Below are positions 1 to 9,699 of a stretch of 64,000 nucleotides of DNA, one piece after another; the first letter of the stretch is position 1; each line of letters begins with the position of its first letter. The position numbers and the translations under genes are program-made. Below the pieces are notes generated by a model. The model made no database searches. It was not told where the DNA came from and saw only the letters and a list, made by a program, of their open reading frames with translations. This DNA is from Mustelus asterias (Eukaryota): contig NC_135830.1 in the NCBI RefSeq assembly GCF_964213995.1, positions 15,128,001 to 15,192,000 of the forward strand, in the 5' to 3' direction.

Positions 1-1404
1 CACTTCTTTCTTAAGATTTCTTAACTTATTCATGGCTTGTGTAAATGACCCCTCTGGATTAGTGTTATTAGGGATAAATGTGCAGCACTGATCCCCAAAC
101 ATAACACACACCCCTCCTTTCTCTGCCAGGAGCCAATCTAACGCCTGTCGATTTTGCCACGCCATTTTGCTGGTCGCATCCAACTGCTCTCCTAAGGCCT
201 CCAGGGCATCATTCGTATAATTAATAAACCTCTGCTGATTATAATAGATGTAATTGATCCACTCAGTATTCTTGCTGGGTGTGATCCAAACAAAGAGGGA
301 TTCAAACCCTGCAGCTATTTCGTTCCTAGCTTTGAACTCATTCGGGATGCCGCGGGGCTGTCCGATTGCATCCAATTTTATCGTAGGGTCAGGGGTATAT
401 GCCCTCTTAACTTTTTGTGATTTAATTTTTCTTTCCACCGGTAGTATCACAGTGCTCTGGGCAAGCATAACTCGAGCACATAGTCCCTTCCAATTCTGTG
501 GTAATTTTGCCAATAGCCCTTTCTCCGGGCCACAAAGCCACCAGAGATCGGCCAGTTGATTTTCTTGATAGTCTAACACATAAGGAGGGGGTGCCCATCC
601 CTCTCCTTAGAGGATCAGATTAAGAGCATCGGTTATATTCCAAATCCTTTCACACTTTCCTGTGTAATTTCCCACACTACTTCCTGTGCTACTTTCCTTC
701 CAATAGCAATCTTGGATTTGTAAGTTGGGCTCTACACTCCATTCCTTTGGGACCGCGTCTACTGTCGTTTTTGGCCACTTTGGACATCTGTGGGTCAAGT
801 TGTAGATGCCCTTTTTTACCCCAGCAAACAGGATGCAGTGGTATTGACACAACGGCGACTCACCTTTACAAAGGTTATCACATGCGGATCCGGAACAGTC
901 TATCTTCTCATACGAGTAGTTCCGATTCCCTATCATATGATACCGTATATATGTGGTATATGGACGGCAATTTTCCTTTCTCCAGCTTTGTTGCCTGGTT
1001 CTACAGTCTCCTGATCCCCATGGTATATCAGTTACTTGGGTGTTAGGTTTCTCTGATGCGCATACTACACACTCTTTCCCATCACTGTTTCTCTGACCTG
1101 TATACTCAGCCCATTTCCACCATTTGTTTTTCTGCGCTTTTTCCCAAATAGTATTTGTGCTCACTAATCGTTCACGTTTTGTTCGTCTTAATACTCTATC
1201 TTCCTGATTTTGCACCCTTATGTCTTCTGTATCCCATTCTCCTTTTCTATGGGTCACGGAAGTTCCTAAGGGAAATAGTTTCCAACTCCCAGGTGGGGAA
1301 TGGGGCCCCTTCCCTGTCCTCACCTCCCTCGGCACCTTGACTAATAGGCTCAGGCTGGGCATTTGTATCATCAGCCAGCTCATGTACAGAACTACTTTCA
1401 TCAT
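1..1404 (-). pseudogene. env: Retroviral env (gamma-type SU/TM) with one in-frame TAA at 607-609; runs off the window edge
   Basis: ORF 607..1404 has a hydrophobic N-terminus and CVVC (CxxC). The same frame stays open from 606 to 1: ...KVKR/AYTPDP...DAIGQPRGIPNEFKARNEIAAGFES...QNRQALDWLLAEKGGVCVMFGDQCC, i.e. cleavage site, immunosuppressive domain and CX6CC. Confidence 0.93.
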
Positions 1405-4400
1405 CCTCTATTCTTTTTGTTCTTCCTTGGCTCTGTTCCTCCTCCCCACGATTCTCCCCGTGTATTTCTATTTCTTCCTCGCTATCACCTCTATCCACTC
1501 TGTGTACTTCTTCAATTTCCCTTCTCTCCCCTACCCCTGGTACCGTTCTGGTACAATGGTTTAAGTGATACCACAGTGTACTGCCTTCTACTTGCAACGC
1601 CGTGGGAGACACTTTGGTGACTTCAAACGGTCCTTCTCGTCTCGGTTCGTTCCAACGTCTCCGGAACTTTCTGATGTATACTCGATCTCCAGGTTTGATC
1701 TGATGTTCTGTTACCGGATTCTCCTCCTCCTTGGCTTTTTCCTGTTCAAATATAGTTCTATGTATAACAGTTAATTGTTGTATATATTCTTTTGTGCTTT
1801 GATCTAAACATTCTAGCGTAGGACCTCCTGATCCCCTGATCTTAGGTACCGGCATTACTCTTCCTGTCATCATTTCATGAGGGCTCAAATGTGTGATTCT
1901 GTTTTCCTGACTCCTGTATTGCATTAGAGCCAATGGCAGAGCATCTATCCAGTTTTTCCCTGTTTCATTGCAAATTTTGCTTATTTTAGCCTTAAGGGTC
2001 CCGTTTGCTCTCTCCACCATTCCTTGGGATTGGGGGTGATATACGCATCCAAACTTCTGCTTTATTCGGAGTGCCGAGAGTGTCTCTCTCAGTGCCCTTC
2101 CTATAAAAGCAGATCCATTGTCTGAACTTAATTGCGTGGGTATGCCAAATCTTGGGATAATTTCTTTTGACAGGAAGTTAATCACCGTTCCAGATCCTTG
2201 ATCTTTGGATGGCGTTGCTTCTATCCATCTGCTGAATCTATCAATAATCACTAACATGTATCTTTTCCCCCTCACCACCTTTCCCATATCCACATAGTCC
2301 ATGCATAGATGTTTAAATGGTCCTTCAGGAATGGGTATATGCCCTATTGGGGCAGTAATGCCCTTCCTGATGTTATTCTGAGCACACACCTCACACTGAC
2401 TTAGTATGGAGTCAATCGAGTTTTGCAGGTATGGTGACCAGAATCCTTCCTTCTTGATCTTCCTAGCCACTTCTCCTCTTGCACAGTGGTCCACTCCATG
2501 CGCTTCGCTAATTAGTACGGTTAGTAATGATGTGGGTGCTATGACTAATCCCTCCCCATTTCTCCATATCCTGTCCTGTTGTCCCTGTAGTGCTCCTCTA
2601 TCTTTCCACATTGCCTTTTCAGCTACAGAGGTTTCCTCCTGTAACTGTGCTACATCTTCTAATGTGATCTGAGGTTCGATATCCCCCGTACCTGGCCCTG
2701 GGTGCGGCCTTGCTATTTCTACTGGGGCTATCGTAGCCTCAATGCATCCTGACGCTTCTTTAGCTGCCTTGTCGGCTTTGGTGTTTCCCTGTGTGATGCT
2801 GTCTGCTCCCTTTTTATGCGCCTGACACTTAATTATGGCTAATTCCCTTGGACCCATCATGGCCCTTATTAAAGCCCTGATTTGACCTTCGTGTTGTATT
2901 GGTCCTCCTCCGCTTTTCATAAATCCCCTTTGCTTCCATATTGCCCCGAACAGATGGCAGACCCCGTGGGCATAGGCCGAATCAGTATAAATTTCCAATG
3001 CTTCCCCGTTTGCTAGCTCACATGGTCTGGTCAATGCTTTAAGTTCTGCCAGTTGGGCTGAACAGGGCTGTTCACATTTCTCTGCTTCTATGACTTCAAG
3101 TGTTTCCCCTTTCTGTTCAACTATGGCATAGCCTGCGTGGTTTCCTAAGTGATCCCTGTAACATGAGCCATCTACATACAGTATCCTTTTCCCTTCTGTC
3201 ACTAGTCCCTCTGCTCTTAAATCTTTTCTCAGTTTCATAAATGTTTTTGCTTCTCTTAAGCATTCATGTTCTTCTCCTTCATGAGGTAATGGCATGTAAT
3301 CAGCTGGATTTACTCTGTTGCACTTTATAATCGTGATATCTGGAAATGTGGTTAGCATTCGATAATGATGGATCCTAGCAGGTGTCAGCACAAATTTTCC
3401 TTGCTCAATCAATTCAGCTACCTTATGGTATACATGTATGTTTATCGGATATCCCATTGTGACCGTGGCTGCCTTTTCGTACGCCCACCAAGCTGCTGCC
3501 AGACCTTGATAGCACGGAGGGTATCCCATTGCTACGTCGTCTAGCTTGGTACTGTAATATGCTACAGCCTGCCTTCGTCTACCCTTGCAATTTTCCTGCA
3601 TTAACATTGCTGTAGCAAATCCAGCTTCTCTGTTACTCACAAATAAGTCAAAGGGCTTGTCATAGGTCGGTAAAGCCAAGGCTGGTGCCTGTGCCATTTC
3701 TCTCTTTATATTCTCAAATGCGTCTGAAGCATCTTTATCCCATTTTAGTTTGGCTTTTAATTCGTCACACCCTGCCTCCTTCATTATCTTTCGTAGTGCC
3801 TGCGTTTTTTCGGCATAGCTTTCCACCCATTCTGAACTGAATCCTGTCATTCCCAAAAATGTCATCATTTGTCCCACCGTCTGTGGTTTCGGAACTTTTA
3901 GTACTGCTTCTATTTGCTGTGAAGCTATCTCCTTCTGTCCTGCTGATATTTCTCTCCCCAAGTATTCTACCTTTTTCTGGCACAGCTGCAGCTTTTTCCT
4001 GGAAACTTTATGGCCCCCTTCTGCTAGTCTTTTCAATAGTTTTAAACTATCCTTCCTGCATTGTTCTTGTGTTCCTGTGCATAATAATAAATCATCCACA
4101 TATTGTATTAGTGTTCCTTCCAACTGTATTCCTTCTAAATCTGCTCTCAACACCTGATTGAATACATGTGGGGAATGTTTAAATCCTTGGGGCATCCTAT
4201 TGTATGTGTATTGTTTCCCCTCGTACGTAAATGCAAAGAGATACTGACTTTCTTGAGCTAGTGGCACACTAAAAAATGCCGAACATAGGTCTATTACAGT
4301 AAACCATCTACTTTCAGGTGGTATATTTGTCATCAAGGTATAAGGGTTTGGAACCTCTGCTGGCATATCTTCCACTACCTCATTAATTGCCCTTAGGTCA

Positions 4401-5620
4401 TGCACCAATCTCCATTTTTCTCCGTCCGCCTTTTTCACTGGTAGTAGCGGTGTATTACACCTGCTCCGGGTTTCTTTTAATACCCCTGCTTCTATCAATC
4501 CCTTAATCGTCCCTCTAATTCCTTCAATTGCTTCTGTCTTGATTGGGTACTGCGGCCTATACGGCCCCTGACGTCCTATCTTTAATCTGACTTCAACTGG
4601 ATTAGCGTTTTTGACCCTCCCTACATCCGTGTCCTGTCTGGACCACAACTCCTGCGGGAGGGAGTTCAAATCCTGCTCTAACCTCTCTCTCCACTCCAGT
4701 TCCTGTTTCTCGATTTGCACTCCTATTGTTATCTGCTTCGGTTTCCCAAGCATTTTAACATCCAAAATTATTTTCGTCATTTGTCCATTGCTGGACGTCC
4801 AAATATCTACATTGTCTGTCTGGACAAATTCTAAATCTTGTGCTCTCAACACCATTGGTCCTAGGTCTTTTGATCTGTATCTCGGATTCACTTTCAATGT
4901 GACATGTGGCTCCGCCCCAGATACAGAGAACCATTTGTTAACCCATTCATTCCTAACAATGGTGAGGGCTACTCCCTCTAGTCCGATTAAAATACTTCCT
5001 GACTTTATTTCCTGTTCTCGTCCTGCCTCCCTTTCCCATTTCTCCTGTATCTCAGGTTCCTGCCCTTCATCAAATATCATTGTACTGTGTAATTCTGTTC
5101 TTGGCCATTTGGCTTGTGGAACCCAAGTGTTTATAAGCTTTCCCCAAACTTCCCATATCTGTTTTTTAACTTGTTCCTCTATATCTCCCAACCAATATAC
5201 ATTAACCCCTTCCTTTCCTGGTATTTCAAGTGGATACATTCCCATCAAATCAATTCCTTGTTCAGTGCATTCTAATTTCAGTCCTAAACCTAGGATTGCA
5301 TCCCTTCCCAATAGATTTAAAGGAGTTTTATCACATACTAAAATAGGTACATGGGTTGTCTTATTTCCAATGGTAACAGGCACCGGCGTCGTCATTCGAG
5401 CTAATGTTACTTTCCCCGAGAACCCCACAGTTTTTACAAACTGGTTTGACAATGGTAAGTGATCCGCATATTTCGTTTGCATGCACGTACATGTGGCGCC
5501 GGTGTCTATCATCATGGGGACCTCGATCCCTCCTACTCTAACGTTAACTATAGGTTCCTGCTCTGCAGTTTCTGTTATCTGTACGTACTGTCCTACCATT
5601 TCGGGGTTCTCTGGGCCTCC
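1247..5620 (-). CDS. pol: Retroviral pro-pol polyprotein: protease, 2H-phosphoesterase-like insert, RT, RNase H, integrase, acidic tail; uninterrupted ORF
   Basis: DTG at aa 32-34 (5506-5498), LLGRD, MPQGFKHSP, YVDD (4102-4091), RNase H ILYVDGS/YTDSAY, integrase HHCC (HGVDH..CEVC), D-D-E (CMDY, SDNG, MVER) and GPF. The ORF is in frame with the gag TAG, and the ATG at 5599 is the eighth codon after that stop. Confidence 0.97.
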   Translation of the reverse strand, partial: GGPENPEMVGQYVQITETAEQEPIVNVRVGGIEVPMMIDTGATCTCMQTKYADHLPLSNQFVKTVGFSGKVTLARMTTPVPVTIGNKTTHVPILVCDKTPLNLLGRDAILGLGLKLECTEQGIDLMGMYPLEIPGKEGVNVYWLGDIEEQVKKQIWEVWGKLINTWVPQAKWPRTELHSTMIFDEGQEPEIQEKWEREAGREQEIKSGSILIGLEGVALTIVRNEWVNKWFSVSGAEPHVTLKVNPRYRSKDLGPMVLRAQDLEFVQTDNVDIWTSSNGQMTKIILDVKMLGKPKQITIGVQIEKQELEWRERLEQDLNSLPQELWSRQDTDVGRVKNANPVEVRLKIGRQGPYRPQYPIKTEAIEGIRGTIKGLIEAGVLKETRSRCNTPLLPVKKADGEKWRLVHDLRAINEVVEDMPAEVPNPYTLMTNIPPESRWFTVIDLCSAFFSVPLAQESQYLFAFTYEGKQYTYNRMPQGFKHSPHVFNQVLRADLEGIQLEGTLIQYVDDLLLCTGTQEQCRKDSLKLLKRLAEGGHKVSRKKLQLCQKKVEYLGREISAGQKEIASQQIEAVLKVPKPQTVGQMMTFLGMTGFSSEWVESYAEKTQALRKIMKEAGCDELKAKLKWDKDASDAFENIKREMAQAPALALPTYDKPFDLFVSNREAGFATAMLMQENCKGRRRQAVAYYSTKLDDVAMGYPPCYQGLAAAWWAYEKAATVTMGYPINIHVYHKVAELIEQGKFVLTPARIHHYRMLTTFPDITIIKCNRVNPADYMPLPHEGEEHECLREAKTFMKLRKDLRAEGLVTEGKRILYVDGSCYRDHLGNHAGYAIVEQKGETLEVIEAEKCEQPCSAQLAELKALTRPCELANGEALEIYTDSAYAHGVCHLFGAIWKQRGFMKSGGGPIQHEGQIRALIRAMMGPRELAIIKCQAHKKGADSITQGNTKADKAAKEASGCIEATIAPVEIARPHPGPGTGDIEPQITLEDVAQLQEETSVAEKAMWKDRGALQGQQDRIWRNGEGLVIAPTSLLTVLISEAHGVDHCARGEVARKIKKEGFWSPYLQNSIDSILSQCEVCAQNNIRKGITAPIGHIPIPEGPFKHLCMDYVDMGKVVRGKRYMLVIIDRFSRWIEATPSKDQGSGTVINFLSKEIIPRFGIPTQLSSDNGSAFIGRALRETLSALRIKQKFGCVYHPQSQGMVERANGTLKAKISKICNETGKNWIDALPLALMQYRSQENRITHLSPHEMMTGRVMPVPKIRGSGGPTLECLDQSTKEYIQQLTVIHRTIFEQEKAKEEENPVTEHQIKPGDRVYIRKFRRRWNEPRREGPFEVTKVSPTALQVEGSTLWYHLNHCTRTVPGVGERREIEEVHRVDRGDSEEEIEIHGENRGEEEQSQGRTKRIEDDESSSVHELADDTNAQPEPISQGAEGGEDREGAPFPTWELETISLRNFRDP
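4715..5227 (-). other. 2H phosphoesterase (CNPase/2',5'-PDE-like) domain inserted between protease and RT; boundaries approximate
   Basis: About 170 extra residues between the protease C-terminus and the RT N-terminus (LPQELWS..DVG), with two H-x-T-hydrophobic motifs: LHSTM (His at 5089-5087) and PHVTL (His at 4906-4904). Confidence 0.8.
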
Positions 5621-5623
5621 CTA
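5600..5623 (-). promoter_or_regulatory. Amber gag/pol readthrough site (TAG GGA GGC CCA...)
   Basis: The gag stop TAG (5623-5621) is followed in frame by pol. The UAG-GGAGG context resembles the MLV readthrough site. Confidence 0.8.
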
Positions 5624-6560
5624 TGGGGAATTCTGATGGTTTACCGGCCCTTGAAACATCGGGATGCTGTTTGGCGATCCTTGGATCAGTTGTTGGCCTG
5701 TCTGCTGCTGGTTTTCTCCCTGTCTGGGGAAATTCCGCGGGCAATTCCTTTTTATGTGCCCTGCCTCCCCGCACCCCCAACACACACCTGAAGGGCCAGG
5801 CAGTGGTCCCTGTCTCGGAGTCTGATGATTAACCTGTCCCTGTCCTCTCTGATTCTGATAGGGTGGCCTACCACCTCCCTGTCCTTTCCCATTTCTATTC
5901 CAGTCAGTCTGACTTTGCAGGGCGTATGGGTTTTGATAATTTAGGCCATAGGCTCCTGGGTTCATGGACAGTGGGAAGGCAGAAATGTTATAGGTTATGA
6001 CGGGCTGGCCTCCATCTCCGCTCCCCCCTTTGATTAGTGCAGGTATTTCCTCTGGCTTTTGCTCCACCATCATTGGTGCTATTTTTCTGGGTGCGAGATC
6101 CTCTTTTGCCTTTAGCTTATCCTTGCTTTTGATCTCCTCCAACTGTGCCTGATATAACTGGGTACAGTCCCGTGGAGCTCTGTTTCTCTAAGTATGGGGG
6201 TGGGGCTACGTTTGGATCTTCCAATTTTGCTTTTTCCTCAAGTTGTACTGGCATCTGCATCCTACCTCCCCTCCATACCCCTCTTCTCTCTTTCCCTTCT
6301 TGTTGGAATAGGGCTAATATCTCTAACTCCTTTTCTCGCTTTTCCCTTCTTTTGCTCGATTTATCCTTAATCTTATAGTTCTTTATCATTCCCTTCTGGT
6401 CCTCACACCTCTCTATGGACCATGTGCCTTCCTCCGGCCACTGTGTATTGGTCTTATTTGTTCTTTTGGCCCATTTTTTAGAGACGTGTTCTATATCTCC
6501 CCTAAGGGCTGGGAACTTATCCCCTAATATCTCCACTGGTGTCTTAACTTGGTGCGCCAT
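5621..6560 (-). pseudogene. gag: gag, internally deleted (capsid missing) and frameshifted near 6145
   Basis: 5' part: matrix-like MAHQVKTPVEIL..WPEEGTWS plus late domains PPPY and LYPV. The 3' part is in another frame, with the NC knuckle CWGCGEAGHIKRNC. Only about 940 nt in total, with no capsid/MHR between the two parts. Confidence 0.85.
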
Positions 6561-7004
6561 TACTCGTCTTTTTGGATCACTGTCACAATTTTTGTCACTT
6601 AGTCTGTCAGAGTTAGGTATTACAGTGATTATTACTTGCTGTATTGTTTTTCCGTGCTCAGTCCCCTGTTTACCTTTCCTTTGGATTTCTTTTGCCACTA
6701 TCTGTAATTCTAACCGGGGTCCTGATATCCACTTCCCCGTAGTCCCCTGTCCCGGCACTATTTTCCTCTCCCGGGCCAGAGGGTAGTAGGTTTTCACTTG
6801 CTCGTCTATGTGTATAAGAATCCTGTATCGGTCAGATCCCTTTATTAATTTCTCTAGGGTTTCCAATTTTATTTCGTCTATCCAATTCCTATCGACTACT
6901 CTTTCCCATTTTACATACGGCCACTCATTCTTTATCTCCTCTAAGTTAGTTATATGTGTAATCTTTTTCCAATCCAGTGTTGCTTCCGTTTTTTTTTTTA
7001 TTAT
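6561..7004 (-). other. Open frame continuous with gag, upstream of the gag ATG (pre-gag extension, candidate ACG start at 6989)
   Basis: No stop between the TGA at 7007-7005 and the gag ATG at 6560. AAAACGG at 6992-6986 gives (M/T)EATLDWKKITHITNLEEIKNEWPYVKWERVVDRNWIDEIKLETLE... Confidence 0.55.
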
Positions 7005-7756
7005 TCAAAGATTAGTTATTTTCAATCTTGTCACCAGGCAGTTATGTCAGGGTAATTTTTCAAGTTGTTAGTTATTACCCTACCTATATTCTGACTCTCT
7101 CTCTTATTTCTGTCCTTCACGCTGTTTTCTCAGACCAGTTTGTTCAAATTGGTCTTTTACTTCCTCTATTCTAGCTGCTACTCCCCTTTCCTGTGGTTAA
7201 AATCCACTCCTGTGCTTTTGGCTACTGTATTAGGTCAGAGAGTGATCTCTCACTGATCTCTCTCCCTCTCGGTTGACGTCCCTTACCCGAGGTCCTGGGT
7301 AGGTTTGGACTGGCAGGTTTTCCCACACTTACTCTCTTCTGGGCAAGTCGTGACCTGAAAAACCCGCTCCAAACCGCTTGACTTAACCTAATTGCATTAC
7401 TTTAGCTTTCGGCCTTTTTCCCGTCTCACTTTTTACCCATTCACAGACAATACAGTATTCGCAGCGCGCTTTTGCATGCAAAAATTCTGCTCTTCAGATC
7501 AGACTCAGTCTCTCAAAAATTTTTACACAATTTGGTTTTACCTGTGCAGGATATCTTTTTGGGTTGGGGAGATCCAGGACCAGCAGAGAGCCGGGCGCAC
7601 CGGGCCTCGAGAAAACCCCTTTCTGACAACAAGGATTTACATGCATGCAAGTCTGCTTACCTTGTTGACAGAAGGCCGGCTGGGGACTTCTCGGTTCCGG
7701 TCGGACCACCGTCTCCGCTACTCCTTCCAGATGCTTTTCTGGGCGATCTCTCACCA

Positions 7757-7775
7757 ACCCTGCTAAGCAGCGCCA
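7757..7775 (-). promoter_or_regulatory. Primer-binding site, tRNA-Ser-like (imperfect)
   Basis: TGGCGCTGCTTAGCAGGGT starts 4 nt after the LTR terminal CA. Its complement ACCCTGCTAAGCAGCGCCA resembles vertebrate tRNA-Ser(TGA/CGA) 3' ends. Confidence 0.7.
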
Positions 7776-7779
7776 ATTT

Positions 7780-8557
7780 TGTCGTGGTTCCCCAGGACGA
7801 CAATTTATTCACATCAATTAAAACAGAGAGTCTGAGCAGCGATCTTCCAAGCAATAGACTTTATTTCTCAGCACAAGAGATAAAGTCGGGAACGTCCGGA
7901 ACACTCCAAAGAGCCCTTGGGCTTACAGTCTTTTATGTACATTTCAGCCTCATATTTCAAGATCCTCCTCTCCCTTTTACAGCCTGTCCTTGGTTGTTAT
8001 CTTACCCTACAGCCCGACCTTTCTTTGGCCACCATTAGTTTTAGTTGACCCTTTATCTGTTTTCTTTGCAATTGGTCGCTCCCTGTTATATCTCTTTGTC
8101 TCTTAAACCATGGTGGTTATAACTCTTGCTCTTATCTGAATTTTTCTGTTTGTATAATAATCGTGGTTTTGTAGACTAAGGCCGAAAGTGTTAGAAAGGA
8201 CATTCTCTCTGCTGATTTTATGGTTTTATGGTCCACTATTAAGTTGAACCACCGAGCAGTCTTCCTTGTTTTCTTAAGTGACTGTTGTCTGCTTACCTTA
8301 ATTAGTGATTGCTATATTACTTCTCTAGTTCCTCCACTTTGATCATATCGACTACACTTGATTATATTAGGTCACACGAAGTTATTTTAGGTTATATACC
8401 CATCTCACTACTCACCTAAATCTGCTATATCATTTCACTAAAACCTGTGAATCTGAATTTCATACCTAGCTCATACAATATCTAATACAATTTCCCTTAC
8501 AAGTGAATCTGAATTTCATACTAAACTCATACAATATCCAGTACAATTTCCCTTACA
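7780..8557 (-). mobile_element. 5' LTR (778 bp) of the ERV
   Basis: Starts TGTAAGGG (8557) and ends CCACGACA (7780) next to the PBS. On the minus strand: CCAAT at 8075-8071, TATA-like CATAAAA at 7937-7931, AATAAA at 7865-7860. Confidence 0.88.
8447..8557. repeat. Tandem duplication (2 x ~55 bp) of the U3 terminus
   Basis: gtgaatctgaatttcata...tacaatttcccttaca occurs at 8447-8501 and 8503-8557. Confidence 0.9.
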
Positions 8558-8970
8558 GTCCCTCTGCGTCTCTACACCCTTTATGGTTCTTCCATTTATC
8601 GTGTAGCTCCTCCTCACATTATTCCCACCAAAATGCATCACTTCGCATTTATCAGGATTGAACTCCATCTGCCATTTCCTTGCCCAAATTTCCAGCCTAT
8701 CTATATCCTTCTGTAGCCTCTGACAATGTTCCTCACTATCTGCAAGTCCTGCCAGTTTTGTGTCGTCCGCAAACTTACTGATCACCCCAGTTACTCCTTC
8801 TTCCAGATCATTTATATAAATCACAAACAGCAGAGGTCCCAATACAGAGCCCTGCGGTACACCACTAGTCACAGGCCTCCAGCCGGAAAAAGACCCTTCC
8901 ACTACCACCCTCTGTCTTCTATGACCAAGCCAGTTCTCCACCCATCTAGCCACCTCCCCCTTTATCCCAG
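8558..8970 (-). mobile_element. CR1 LINE RT fragment, interrupted by the ERV LTR
   Basis: [43 protein letters not shown], then an abrupt switch to LTR sequence. Confidence 0.93.
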
Positions 8971-8974
8971 AATA

Positions 8975-9160
8975 ACCTTGTAGTGGTAGATATATTTACC
9001 TGGTGGATTGAAACTCTTTATGCATAAAAATTATGCATAAATTACAGCTAAAATCTTGTGGGAACAGTTCTTTACAAGATGGGGATTTCTGAAAAGGATG
9101 GAGAGTAATAATAATGGTTCTCATTTCACAGCAGAAATAATGTAACAGCTCCGTTGTCTT
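8975..9160 (+). mobile_element. Degenerate LTR-element integrase core relic
   Basis: Translates as LVVVDIFTWWIET ... TAKILWEQFFTRWGFLKRMESNNNGSHFTAEIM*, with frameshifts. Confidence 0.7.
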
Positions 9161-9174
9161 GTGGGTGTGTTAAA

Positions 9175-9250
9175 CACTCAGATGGGAATCAAATCTGGGT
9201 CCCTGGCGCTGTGAAGCAGCAGTGCTAACCACTGTGCTACCGTGCCTCCC
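9175..9250 (-). mobile_element. HE1/V-SINE tRNA-derived head (partial)
   Basis: GGCACGGTAGCACAGTGGTTAGCACTGCTGCTTCACAGCGCCAGGGACCC on the minus strand. Confidence 0.8.
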
Positions 9251-9699
9251 AAAACATTAAATCTGTTTCTCTCGCCAGAGGTGCTGTCAGACCCGCTGTG
9301 TTTTTACAGCACTCCCTGTTTGTATTTATGAGTTCAGGAGTCAGGCCAGAAGGAAATTTAAAGACAGTTTGGCCCGGTGGGCGAATGGAAGAGAGGGAAG
9401 GAGCAGAGGCAGCTGATCAGATTGTCTCAATCTTGGTGACAAAGAAGCTCCATGAGCTCCTCACACTTGTTGGAGGTGAGGATGGAGGAGACGGGAGAGG
9501 GGGAAGCCCTTCAAATGGAACTAACATGTTTGAGGTATTAAAAGCATTCATCACACTGTGTTGAACATAAAGCTTGTGTATTTAAGTTCCACCCAAAATA
9601 TAAACCTTCCAACTGGGCTAGGATTTATCAGCAGAAACAGACACCAATGAAAATAGTCAGGACCTTGACGTGATTAAGAGCAAAATCCGGTCCTTGCAG

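Larger units (their letters stand above)
1..8557 (-). mobile_element. Class I (gamma/epsilon-like) endogenous retrovirus; 5' LTR-PBS-gag-pol-env, 3' end lies beyond the left edge of the window
   Basis: Order LTR/PBS/gag/pro-pol/env on the minus strand. The RT YVDD motif, amber gag-pol junction, GPF motif in integrase and gamma-type TM (ISD + CX6CC) all fit class I. Confidence 0.97.

Noticed and set aside
4611-5462. 283-aa plus-strand ORF antisense to pol
   Set aside because: TTG start, no motifs, and a codon-aligned shadow of pol. No evidence for an antisense gene.
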